A DNA stretch of 64,000 nucleotides from Alphaproteobacteria bacterium (lineage in GTDB: Bacteria > Pseudomonadota > Alphaproteobacteria > UBA828), in contig CAXXMU010000002.1 of assembly GCA_963667785.2 (NCBI GenBank), positions 800,001 through 864,000 on the forward strand. Reading direction: 5' to 3'. This document shows, one piece after another, positions 1 to 8,191 of this stretch. Numbering within the stretch: the first letter of the stretch is position 1; every line of letters begins with the position of its first letter. The position numbers and the translations under genes were made by a program. Under the pieces are notes generated by a model that saw only the letters and a list, made by a program, of their open reading frames with translations, was not told the DNA's origin and searched no databases.

Positions 1-1
1 G

Positions 2-745
2 GCCCTCAGGCCGGACCGCTACTACGGGCAGTTGAGCCGGCGCTACGTCGCCGCGATCAGGGCGGCGACGGCGGAGGGCACGCTCTACGACGTGGACATG
101 CGCCCCCGCCCCTCCGGCAACGCCGGGCCGATCGTCACCTCGCTCGCGTCCTTCATCGACCATTTCCGCGCGGATGTTCCGGTCTGGCAGCAGGGCGCCC
201 TCACCCGCGCGCGCGTGGTCTGGGCGGACGGCGACCTGGCGGAGCGCTTCGAGGAGGCGCGCCACGCCATCCTCGGGCAGGAGCGCGAGCGTCAGGATCT
301 CGCCGCCCAGCTCGCGGACCTGCGGGAGGACCTGCGGGGCGACGACCCGGGCGAGGACATCTGGGCGATCGAGCAGAAGCGCGGCGGCCTGGTCGACGCC
401 GAGTTCATCGCCCAATATCTGCAGCTTCAGCACGCCGCGCAGACGGCCGACGGTCTGGCCGGCGATTCCGCCGCCGCCTTCGAGGCCGCGGCCGCGCACG
501 GGCTGATCGACGCGGAGACCGCGCGCGAGCTCGTCGACGCGACAACGCTCTGGCACAACCTGCACGGCATCCTCAGCCTGACCGTGGAGGACCGCTTCGT
601 CGAGGCGACGGCGCCGCCGGCGCTGCTCGGCGTCATCGAGCGCGCCTGCGACATGGCGGGTATCGATTCGCTGAAGGAAGCGATGCGCGAGACCGCGGCC
701 CGCACCGCGAGCCACTACGACCGCCTGCTCGGCGGCGAGGGCTGA
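2..745 (+). CDS. glnE: Glutamine synthetase adenylyltransferase GlnE, C-terminal part (5' truncated by window edge)
   Basis: Open frame from position 2; motifs LYDVDMRxRPSG, ALTRAR, RGGLVDAEFIAQYLQL typical of the GlnE adenylyltransferase domain. Confidence 0.8.
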   Translation, partial: ALRPDRYYGQLSRRYVAAIRAATAEGTLYDVDMRPRPSGNAGPIVTSLASFIDHFRADVPVWQQGALTRARVVWADGDLAERFEEARHAILGQERERQDLAAQLADLREDLRGDDPGEDIWAIEQKRGGLVDAEFIAQYLQLQHAAQTADGLAGDSAAAFEAAAAHGLIDAETARELVDATTLWHNLHGILSLTVEDRFVEATAPPALLGVIERACDMAGIDSLKEAMRETAARTASHYDRLLGGEG

Positions 746-760
746 GGCCCGGCGCTTACG

Positions 761-2011
761 TCAGAAGCGGTCCGGCGAGAGTCCGGCCATGTCGATCCCG
801 GGGTCGCGGCCCGAGACGATGTCGGCGATGATCCGGCCTGAGCCGGAGGAATAGGTCCAGCCGGTGCTGCCGTGGCCGGTATCCAGGTAGAGGCCGGGAA
901 CTCCGGTCTTGCCGATGATCGGCAGGCAGTCCGGCGTCATCGGCCGGAAGCCGATCCAGCGCTCAGCCTTGCTGCGATCGCCGCCGCTCGGGAACACCGC
1001 CATGGCGGCGTCGAGCGTCGCCGCCGCCCGGTCCGCGCGGATGGTCGCGTTGTGGCCGTCGAGCTCGGCGGTGCCAGCGCAGCGCAGGCGCTCCCCCAGC
1101 CGGCTCATCACGATGCGGCGGCGGCCGTCGTGGATGGCGCGGGTGGGCGCACCGTTGTAGCCGGTGGTGGGAATGGTCACCGAATAACCCTTGAGCGGGT
1201 AGATCGGCGCGCGCACGCCGAGGCGCCTGAGGAATCGCGGGCTGTAGCTGGCGAGGCTCATCACCACGGCGTCCGCCTCGATGGCCCCCTTGTCGGTCTC
1301 GGCGCCGGTGACGCGGCGGCGGTCGCCGCTGAGCCGCTGCACGGTCTCGCCGTAGCGGAACGTGACTCCCTTAGCGGCGGCGACGGCGGCGAGGCCGGCC
1401 GTGAACTTGTGAGCGTCGCCCGATTCGTCCTGTGAGAAGAAGAGCGCGCCCGCGAACTGGTCGGCCGTCTGCTGCAGCGCGGGCTCGGCCTCCAGCATCG
1501 CGTCCCGGTCGAGGCGCTCGGGGTGGAAGCGCCCGTCCGCCATCCGGGTCTCGTAGGCGTAGGATGCGTCCAGCGAGGCGGCGTCGCGGTAGAGATGGAG
1601 GACTCCCTCGGCGCGCTGGTCGTAGGCGATCCCCTCCCGCTCGCGCAGCGCCTTCAGGCAGTCGTAGCTGTAGGTCGAAAGCCGCAGCGAGACCTGTTGC
1701 GAGCGCTCGAACTGCGCCCGCGTGCAATGGCCGAGGAAGCGCAGCGCCCAGCGCCACTGGGCGAGGTCGGGGCGGAGGCGGAAGAGGTAGGGCGCATCCT
1801 CGCGCCCGAACCACTTGACCAGCATCCGGGGCACTTCCGGATGCGCCCAGGGCCGGGAGCTGTAGGCGCCGACGATGCCGCCGTTGGCGAAGCTGGTCTC
1901 CAGGCCCGCGCCGGCCTGGCGCTCCACCACGGTGACCTCGTGGCCGGCCTCGTTGAGGAAGTAGGCGGCCGCCGTGCCGACCACGCCGGCGCCGAGGACC
2001 AGGACGCGCAC
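761..2011 (-). CDS. dadA: D-amino acid dehydrogenase (DAO family flavoprotein)
   Basis: GAGVVG FAD motif, ETSFANGG, PLKGYS, GFRPMTPD, TGHGSTGWT. Confidence 0.85.
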   Translation of the reverse strand: MRVLVLGAGVVGTAAAYFLNEAGHEVTVVERQAGAGLETSFANGGIVGAYSSRPWAHPEVPRMLVKWFGREDAPYLFRLRPDLAQWRWALRFLGHCTRAQFERSQQVSLRLSTYSYDCLKALREREGIAYDQRAEGVLHLYRDAASLDASYAYETRMADGRFHPERLDRDAMLEAEPALQQTADQFAGALFFSQDESGDAHKFTAGLAAVAAAKGVTFRYGETVQRLSGDRRRVTGAETDKGAIEADAVVMSLASYSPRFLRRLGVRAPIYPLKGYSVTIPTTGYNGAPTRAIHDGRRRIVMSRLGERLRCAGTAELDGHNATIRADRAAATLDAAMAVFPSGGDRSKAERWIGFRPMTPDCLPIIGKTGVPGLYLDTGHGSTGWTYSSGSGRIIADIVSGRDPGIDMAGLSPDRF

Positions 2012-2048
2012 GCGCCGCCTCCCGCCGCGAGCGCCCGGCCGCTCCGGC

Positions 2049-2264
2049 TCAGCCGATCTCCACCGCGAGCTGGCCCACGTCGACCGCGTCTTCCTCCTTG
2101 ATGTGGAGCTTCGTGACCGTGCCGTCGCTTTCGGCGTCGTGGGGCACCTCGGTCTTCATCACCTCTAGGATGAACAGCGTATCGCCGGCCTTGACCGAAT
2201 CGCCCTCCTTGACCAGCACCTTCCACACGTTCCCCGGTGCCTGGGTCAGAACCTCCTCCGCCAT
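2049..2264 (-). CDS. Stand-alone biotin carboxyl carrier protein (71 aa)
   Basis: Tail of the 2049..3467 shadow ORF, MAEEVLTQAPGNVWKV...LEVMKTE...GQLAVEIG; EVMK biotinylation motif; ATG overlaps the upstream stop. Confidence 0.85.
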   Translation of the reverse strand: MAEEVLTQAPGNVWKVLVKEGDSVKAGDTLFILEVMKTEVPHDAESDGTVTKLHIKEEDAVDVGQLAVEIG

Positions 2265-3247
2265 CAACTGGACTCCTCTCGTTCGATGCTGCCTGGCGCA
2301 CACGCCTCGTCGAGGGCGAGACGCAGCGCCTGCGCCTCGTCCACCGAGACCTCGCGGAACCTGATGTACTCGTTGGGCTTCATCTGGCCGAGCTTCCAGA
2401 AGGCGGCCGACGGCACGGTGTAGGGGCAGATGAAGCCGCCCATGCTGGGACCGTCGTTCATCAGGATGATGGGGGTCTGGCCGCCCAGGTTGACCGCGCC
2501 CAGCGGATAGCCCTGGTCGATGATGTTGGAGGGAAAGTCGCCGTGCTCCGGCAGCTTGTCGGTGGCCTTCGCGGTGAAGGTCCAGTCCGGCCCGCGCAGG
2601 CGGTAGCCGGTGCGGTCGCTGCGCGCCTCCAGCAGCCACTCGGTGGTGGCGAAGCGCTCGTGGCCGGCATCGTCGACCCAGTCGTCGTTGGGCCCCCTCA
2701 CCGCTTCGATCTCCCACGTCTTGCCCTCGGCGAAGCGGGGCCTGGCGGCGTCTGCGACCCGCCGGCCCGGCGTGCCATCGGCATCCTTCACCGGCAGCAC
2801 CTGGCCGGCCTGGATCGCGTGGCCGTCCAGCCCGCCGACGCCGGCCTTGTGGAAGGTCGATGCGGAGCCGAGCCATTCCGGCGCGTCGATGCCGCCGGCC
2901 ACCGCCAGATAGCCGCGCGCGCCGGAGACCGCAGGCCCCATGGCGAGGGTCTGCCCGGCGGCGACGGCGACGCTCTCCCACATGGGCAGCGGCTCGCCGT
3001 CGAGCCTTGGGCGCATGTCGGCACCGGCGAGCGCGATCACGCCCGCGCGCTGGAAGCGGATCGTCGGCCCCATGAACTGGGCCTCCAGCCCGGCAGCGCT
3101 CCCGTCGTTGCCGACCACCAGGTTGGCAAGGCGGAAGGACCACATGTCGAGCGGGCCGGAGGGCGGGAAGCCCTGGTTCCAGTAGCCGATGCGGCCGGGA
3201 AAATCCTGAATGCTGGTCTCGAGACCCGGCTTGACGATCTCCAGCAT
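2264..3247 (-). CDS. Biotin-dependent carboxyltransferase subunit (AHS2/PxpC, urea-carboxylase-like)
   Basis: PGLETSIQDFPGRIGY, PPSGPLD, SDRTGYRL, DGPSMGGF motifs. Confidence 0.85.
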   Translation of the reverse strand: MLEIVKPGLETSIQDFPGRIGYWNQGFPPSGPLDMWSFRLANLVVGNDGSAAGLEAQFMGPTIRFQRAGVIALAGADMRPRLDGEPLPMWESVAVAAGQTLAMGPAVSGARGYLAVAGGIDAPEWLGSASTFHKAGVGGLDGHAIQAGQVLPVKDADGTPGRRVADAARPRFAEGKTWEIEAVRGPNDDWVDDAGHERFATTEWLLEARSDRTGYRLRGPDWTFTAKATDKLPEHGDFPSNIIDQGYPLGAVNLGGQTPIILMNDGPSMGGFICPYTVPSAAFWKLGQMKPNEYIRFREVSVDEAQALRLALDEACAPGSIEREESS

Positions 3248-3259
3248 CGACGCGCTCTC

Positions 3260-4189
3260 CTAGTGAAGGTGCTTGAGGTACTGGGCCACGAAATCGAAGC
3301 CGATCAGCTCGCTGTAGAGCGTCATCAGACGCCCGGTCACCGGGCCGGGGACGTCCCGCTCGGCGAAGCCCACGCCGTTGATCGAAGCCACCGGACAGAC
3401 GCAGAAGCTCGTCGACGTGATGAAGGCCTCGTCGGCGCCGTGGGCGTCGAAGAGATCGAGGTCGCACTTCACCACCTCGATGTCCGCCTTGGCCGCGATC
3501 TCCAGCACGGTCTCGCGGCTGACGCCGTTGAGCACGTAGCGGTCCTGCGGCGTGTAGAGCACGCCGTCGTCGACGAGGAAGAGGTTGGAGCCCACCCCCT
3601 CGCTGAGATTGCCGTTGTGGTCGAGGAACAGCGCCCAGGCGTTGGGATCGCTGCGGCGGACCTCGTCGTTGCCGATGAAGAGGTTGAGGTAGTTGTGGGT
3701 CTTCGCCCGGGGCGAAATCGTATCCGGCGCGGCCCGGCGGTTGGACGGAATCATCAGCGGAATCCCGTCACGGAAGTAGTGGGCGCGCTGGGCGATGGGA
3801 AGCGGCGTACAGTCGATGATGAGCACGGGGTCCGTCGCGCCGTGGACGTCGCCGCCCGCCGGCTCGAGGCCGCGGGAGATGCGCTGGAAGACCCAGTAGT
3901 CGTCATCCGGCCCGAGCAGGTGGAGGTTGCGGGCGAGCACCTCCTCGGTGTGGCGCTTCATCTCCGAGGGCGCCATGCCGGGGTCGATGCGGAGATAGCG
4001 CAGCGTCTTGTAGAAGCGCACGATATGCTCTTCGAGCTTGAAGATGCGGTGACCGAAGGTGCGGGTGGTGTCGAAGGCGCCGTCGCCGTAGCGGAAGCTC
4101 CTGTCGCGGAAGGAGACCAGGGCCCGGCTCTCCGGGACGATCTCCCCCTTGAAGTAGCAAACCCGCTCGTTCGCGCGCTCAACGGCCAT
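3260..4189 (-). CDS. Class IV PLP aminotransferase (branched-chain/D-amino acid aminotransferase family)
   Basis: YGDGAFDT, AKTHNYLN (PLP Lys), EGVGSN, LNGVSRE, DEAFITST; start moved to MAVERANE. Confidence 0.85.
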   Translation of the reverse strand: MAVERANERVCYFKGEIVPESRALVSFRDRSFRYGDGAFDTTRTFGHRIFKLEEHIVRFYKTLRYLRIDPGMAPSEMKRHTEEVLARNLHLLGPDDDYWVFQRISRGLEPAGGDVHGATDPVLIIDCTPLPIAQRAHYFRDGIPLMIPSNRRAAPDTISPRAKTHNYLNLFIGNDEVRRSDPNAWALFLDHNGNLSEGVGSNLFLVDDGVLYTPQDRYVLNGVSRETVLEIAAKADIEVVKCDLDLFDAHGADEAFITSTSFCVCPVASINGVGFAERDVPGPVTGRLMTLYSELIGFDFVAQYLKHLH

Positions 4190-4267
4190 GTCTTGCTCCC
4201 CGCTCCCGGCCCCCCTGCCCGGCCGGCGCGCGATCATGGCGCAAAAGCCCGGCAGGCGCGAGTGCCC

Positions 4268-4816
4268 TCATTCCGCCTCGTATACGACAGCCGGCGCCCG
4301 GCGCACCACCAGGCAACGCGCGATCATGTCGTGCAGCCCCTGCTTGCGGCGGGTGAAGGGAACGGCGAGGCAGGCGACGAACGCGGCGATGCCGACGATG
4401 GCGTTGAGCCCGACCACCATGCCGACTAGCCCCGGCAGATAGAGCGGCCAGCAGCGCAGGCTCGCCGTGAGCAGCGAGAGCCGCGCGCCGTCGAGATCCG
4501 TGACCCGGATGCCCATCATCCTCTTGCCGAGGGTCGCCTGGGCGGGTGCGCTCTCCTGCAGCGCGGTATAGGCCCAGAAGACGACTCCCAGCACGACCGA
4601 ACCGAGCCCGCTCAGCGAGTAGCTCACCACCTCCAGGCGGGCGCCGTCGGTCTCGGAGGCGTGCCGCGCAGTCTCGATCAGGTCGGGCCACAGGAAGATG
4701 CCGACGATGTAGACGCCGATCAGGATGAGGATCGAATCGATGATCCACGCCACGACCCGCCGCCCGAATCCGGCGGGAACGTCCTGCGCGGCGGGGTCTG
4801 TTCCCTGGTCACTCAT
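4268..4816 (-). CDS. RDD family membrane protein
   Basis: AGFGRRVVAWIID, QATLGKRMMGIRV, QGLHDMIA. Confidence 0.85.
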   Translation of the reverse strand: MSDQGTDPAAQDVPAGFGRRVVAWIIDSILILIGVYIVGIFLWPDLIETARHASETDGARLEVVSYSLSGLGSVVLGVVFWAYTALQESAPAQATLGKRMMGIRVTDLDGARLSLLTASLRCWPLYLPGLVGMVVGLNAIVGIAAFVACLAVPFTRRKQGLHDMIARCLVVRRAPAVVYEAE

Positions 4817-4860
4817 GCACGCCGCCCGGTCAGGACCCGAGCGCCGGCGCCCGAAACGAT

Positions 4861-4891
4861 GGAAGGGCCGCCCGCCTGGGACGGCCCTTCC
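4861..4891 (-). terminator. GC-rich hairpin, probable intrinsic terminator of the small mRNA
   Basis: GGAAGGGCCG...CGGCCCTTCC inverted repeat followed on the minus strand by ATCGTTTC. Confidence 0.6.
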
Positions 4892-4927
4892 CGTTCGTAC
4901 CGCGATCCGCGGATCGCGTCGGCACCG

Positions 4928-5002
4928 TCAGGCGCAGGCCCCACCCGAGGGGGAGACCCAGTTCCCGGCGACCGCCGAACGCGGTTTACGATAGTCAGAC
5001 AC
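4928..5002 (-). CDS. Small ORF (24 aa, MSDYRKPRSAVAGNWVSPSGGACA) with an extended Shine-Dalgarno sequence
   Basis: GTG start preceded by GAAAGGAGGTGATCC (5004-5018), complementary to the 16S rRNA 3' end; own promoter and terminator. Confidence 0.6.
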   Translation of the reverse strand: MSDYRKPRSAVAGNWVSPSGGACA

Positions 5003-5037
5003 TGGATCACCTCCTTTCGTTGTTGACGGACGCCTCG

Positions 5038-5066
5038 TATATGGCGCGGCCGGAAGAGCCACGCAA
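5038..5066 (-). promoter_or_regulatory. Sigma70-type promoter for the small mRNA
   Basis: TTGCGT-N17-CATATA on the minus strand, matching the alphaproteobacterial TTG-N-CATAT pattern. Confidence 0.6.
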
Positions 5067-5089
5067 GCGTTTGCGCAGGTCCGGCGTGC

Positions 5090-5560
5090 TCAAATCGTCG
5101 TGCGGTCGCCGCTGTCCCACCACGCCTTGAAGACGGCGAAGGCCTCGTCGCCGAGCAGGCGGCGATAGGGGCGCCGGCGCTGCTCGCTCGCGGTCGCGAC
5201 TTCGCTCTCGAGGTCGCCGATGTCGACTCCGAGGTCGGCCGCATCGGACAGGAGGTTGGCGTAGAAGACGCGGTCGATCCGCGCCCACCAGATCGCCGCC
5301 GCGCACATCGAGCAGGGCTCCCAGGTGGTGTAGAGCACCGAGCCGGAGAGATCCCAGCTCCCGGTGCGCGCGCCCGCGTCGCGGATGGCGTTGATCTCGC
5401 AATGGCCGGTGGCGTCGTGGGTCTCGACCACGTTGTTCCAGCCCTCGCCGATCACCTCGCCGTCGCGCACGATGATCGTCGCACAATAGCCGCCCTCGCC
5501 CGATGCCATCTTCTCTTCGCAGAGCGCGATCGCCCGGCGCATGTAGCCTTCGTCGTCCAT
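5090..5560 (-). CDS. Zn-dependent nucleoside/nucleobase deaminase (guanine deaminase/CDA-like)
   Basis: Tail of the 5090..7204 ORF, MDDEGYMRRAIAL...; HCE and PCSMC zinc motifs; GGAGGG SD. Confidence 0.85.
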   Translation of the reverse strand: MDDEGYMRRAIALCEEKMASGEGGYCATIIVRDGEVIGEGWNNVVETHDATGHCEINAIRDAGARTGSWDLSGSVLYTTWEPCSMCAAAIWWARIDRVFYANLLSDAADLGVDIGDLESEVATASEQRRRPYRRLLGDEAFAVFKAWWDSGDRTTI

Positions 5561-5574
5561 CGCTCCCTCCTCCG

Positions 5575-6534
5575 TCACGCCTTCCGGCCCGCAACCGCCT
5601 CGGCGAGCACGCACAGGATCTCGAACATCATGGTGGCGCCCACGAGCGCCGTGTTGCCGCTGGGATCGAAGGGGGGCGCCACCTCCACCACGTCGCCGCC
5701 CACCAGGTTCAGCCCGCGCGCGCCGCGCAGCATGCGCTGCGCCTCGTAGGTGGAGAAGCCGCCGATCTCGGGCGTACCGGTGCCGGGCGCGTAGACCGGA
5801 TCGAGCCCGTCCACGTCGAAGCTGATGTAGGTCGGCCCCTCGCCGACGACGGCGCGGGCCGCGGCCACCACCTTCTCCCAGCCGAGCTCGAAATACTCCT
5901 CGATGGTGATGACGCGCATGCCGGAGCCGTAGGCGAAGTCCATGTCGTGGGCGTCGTAGACCGAGCCGCGGATGCCGATCTGCACGGTCCGCTTGGGGTC
6001 GAGCAGGCCCTCCTCCACCGCGCGGCGGAAGAGCGTGCCGTGGGTGATCGTGTAGCCGCCGAAATAGCTGTCCCAGGTATCCGAGTGGGCGTCGAAGTGG
6101 ATCATGCCGACGGGCCGGTCCTTCGCGATGGCGCGCATGATGGGGAGCGTGATCAGATGGTCGCCGCCGGCCGAGAGCGGCACCGCGCCGGCGCCGTGCA
6201 GCCGGGTGAAGAAGTTCTCGATGCGCCCGATCGTGTCGGTCAGGTCGATGGGGTTGACGCTGGCGTCGCCGCAGTCCGCCACGCGGCAGAGTTCGTAGGG
6301 GCAGATGCCGAGCGTGTGATGCGTGCGCCGCATCAGGCTCGACATGTTGCGGATCTCGCGCGGGCCGTGGCGGGCGCCGGCGCGGTTGGTGGTGCCGCCG
6401 TCCCACGGCACGCCAACCAGCGCGATGTCGACGGCCGAGAAGTCGGTGATGTGGGGCAGCCGCATGAAGGTCGGCATGGCGCTGAAGCGCGGCATGTCCA
6501 TGCCGCTCACCGGCTCGTAGAACCCCTTGGTCAT
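5575..6534 (-). CDS. Ureohydrolase (agmatinase/guanidinobutyrase family)
   Basis: GGDH, HFDAHSD, SFDVDGLDP, PGTGTP, VEVAP metal-binding motifs. Confidence 0.9.
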   Translation of the reverse strand: MTKGFYEPVSGMDMPRFSAMPTFMRLPHITDFSAVDIALVGVPWDGGTTNRAGARHGPREIRNMSSLMRRTHHTLGICPYELCRVADCGDASVNPIDLTDTIGRIENFFTRLHGAGAVPLSAGGDHLITLPIMRAIAKDRPVGMIHFDAHSDTWDSYFGGYTITHGTLFRRAVEEGLLDPKRTVQIGIRGSVYDAHDMDFAYGSGMRVITIEEYFELGWEKVVAAARAVVGEGPTYISFDVDGLDPVYAPGTGTPEIGGFSTYEAQRMLRGARGLNLVGGDVVEVAPPFDPSGNTALVGATMMFEILCVLAEAVAGRKA

Positions 6535-6564
6535 GGCGGCGCCCCCCTTCCCTGCCCGTTCGCG

Positions 6565-8091
6565 CTAGCGGTTGGTCGGCCAGCGCGGCTGGTTGTCGCT
6601 GCCCCAGCGGTTGATGCCGATATCGGTCTCGGCGCAGCGCCGCCAGACCTCGGCGAGCGGCGGGATGAACGGCCTGTTCATGGCCTCCAACCGCTCCTGG
6701 TCGGCCCTGATCTGCGGCATCATGTCGCGCAGCTCGTCCATCAGCGCCGCCTCGTCGACCCGCGTGAGCCGGCCGCTCTCGACCATGATCTCGCCGTTGA
6801 CGATCACGGTCTCCACCGAGGAGCCGTTCTCGCAGTAGACGAGGTGGTTGCGCACGTCGTTGAGCGGCGTGAAGTTGGCCGTGCGCATGTCGAGGATCGC
6901 CATGTCGGCTCGCTTGCCGGGCTCCAGCGAGCCGATCTCGTCCTCGAGGAGCACGCTGTAGGCGCCGCCCACGGTCGCCGCGTGCAGCACCTCGCCGGCC
7001 TCGAGCCAGTAGGCGTTGTCGGGCGAGGTGACGTTGTGCATGAGGCCCGCGCACTGCATCACGCTGAACATGCGGGGCGTGTCGCTGGTGGAGAGCCCGT
7101 CCGAGCCCAGCGCCAGGTTGACGCCGGCATCGAGCAGCCGGCGCACGGGGCAGAGACCGGAGCCGAGCTTGAGGTTGGAGAGTGCGTTGTGGACCACCGA
7201 GCACCGCGCCTCGCCCAGCAGCGCGATGTCCTCGTCGGTGAGCCAGACGCCGTGCGCGATGGTGGTATTGCGGTTGAGCAGGCCGAGATCGTGCATATAG
7301 CGGACCAGCGTCTTGCCGTAGAGCGCGTGGCCGGTGACCGCCTGGACCTTGGATTCGAGGATGTGGGTGTGGAAGGGCAGCCCGTTGGCGCGGGCGAACT
7401 CGTCCGTTGCCCGCATCAGGGGCTCGGTGCAGCGCTGGGGACCGGAGGGCGCCGGCATGAAGCGGAGCCTACCCGCACGGCCGTCATGGAGGGCGTACGC
7501 CTCCTCGCAGAACGCCGCGAAGTCATCTGCCGTCGGCGGCTCCATTGCGTCGACCTCGCGCTTCAGGTCGAGCGGCAGCAGGTCGTTCAGATGGACGATC
7601 GAGTCGGGCAGCCTGCGGTTGATGACGTGGCCGGAGATCGAGGCCCGCAGGCCCACATCCTCGTAGGCCTGAAAAACCGCGCCGATGGTCTCCATCGACT
7701 GGAGGGGAAACTCCAGGATGTCGTCGGAGAAGTAGGTGACCCCGGTCTTGATCGCGTCCATGGCGCAGAGCGCCGACCGCAGGTAGATCATGCGGGGCGT
7801 GAGCTCGGGCGCGCCGAGGATGCCGTAGGCGAGCGTCATCCAGAGCTCCAGCGGCATGTTGTCGTAGCGCCCCTTGGCGAAGGCCTCCGGCGTGTGGATG
7901 TGGGCGTTGATCAGTCCGGGGATCACCAGCTTGCCCTCGCTGGGGATGACGCGATCGGCCTCCGGCCGGGCCTCGCTCTCGCCGACGGCGGCGATGCGCT
8001 CGCCTTCGATCAGGATGTCGCCCCGGAAGGGCTCGCTGCCATGCGTGGGGTCCATGGCGACGATGGTGGCGCCCTCGATCAGTATCGACAT
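6565..8091 (-). CDS. Metal-dependent amidohydrolase (ATZ/TRZ/MTA-SAH deaminase family)
   Basis: PGLINAHIH, HTHILES, AHGVWL, LGSDG, IGSLEPGKRAD. Confidence 0.85.
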   Translation of the reverse strand: MSILIEGATIVAMDPTHGSEPFRGDILIEGERIAAVGESEARPEADRVIPSEGKLVIPGLINAHIHTPEAFAKGRYDNMPLELWMTLAYGILGAPELTPRMIYLRSALCAMDAIKTGVTYFSDDILEFPLQSMETIGAVFQAYEDVGLRASISGHVINRRLPDSIVHLNDLLPLDLKREVDAMEPPTADDFAAFCEEAYALHDGRAGRLRFMPAPSGPQRCTEPLMRATDEFARANGLPFHTHILESKVQAVTGHALYGKTLVRYMHDLGLLNRNTTIAHGVWLTDEDIALLGEARCSVVHNALSNLKLGSGLCPVRRLLDAGVNLALGSDGLSTSDTPRMFSVMQCAGLMHNVTSPDNAYWLEAGEVLHAATVGGAYSVLLEDEIGSLEPGKRADMAILDMRTANFTPLNDVRNHLVYCENGSSVETVIVNGEIMVESGRLTRVDEAALMDELRDMMPQIRADQERLEAMNRPFIPPLAEVWRRCAETDIGINRWGSDNQPRWPTNR

Positions 8092-8191
8092 GCGTCGGCC
8101 CCTCTCCCTGCTCTGGCAATCCTAGCAGAACTGGCCTATCTCCCCATGCAGTCGGCGGGATCGCCGCCGCGCCCGCCACGGGAGAAGAGCA

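Noticed and set aside
5004-5018. GGATCACCTCCTTTC as a fragment of a 16S rRNA gene
   Set aside because: Upstream sequence lacks the conserved 16S helix 44/45 sequence (AAGTCGTAACAAGG...); better explained as an extended SD on the opposite strand.
8092-8191. Guanidine or purine riboswitch upstream of the amidohydrolase/ureohydrolase operon
   Set aside because: Short intergenic region with no recognisable ykkC, mini-ykkC (twin ACGR hairpins) or purine aptamer signature by eye; an Infernal/Rfam scan would be decisive.
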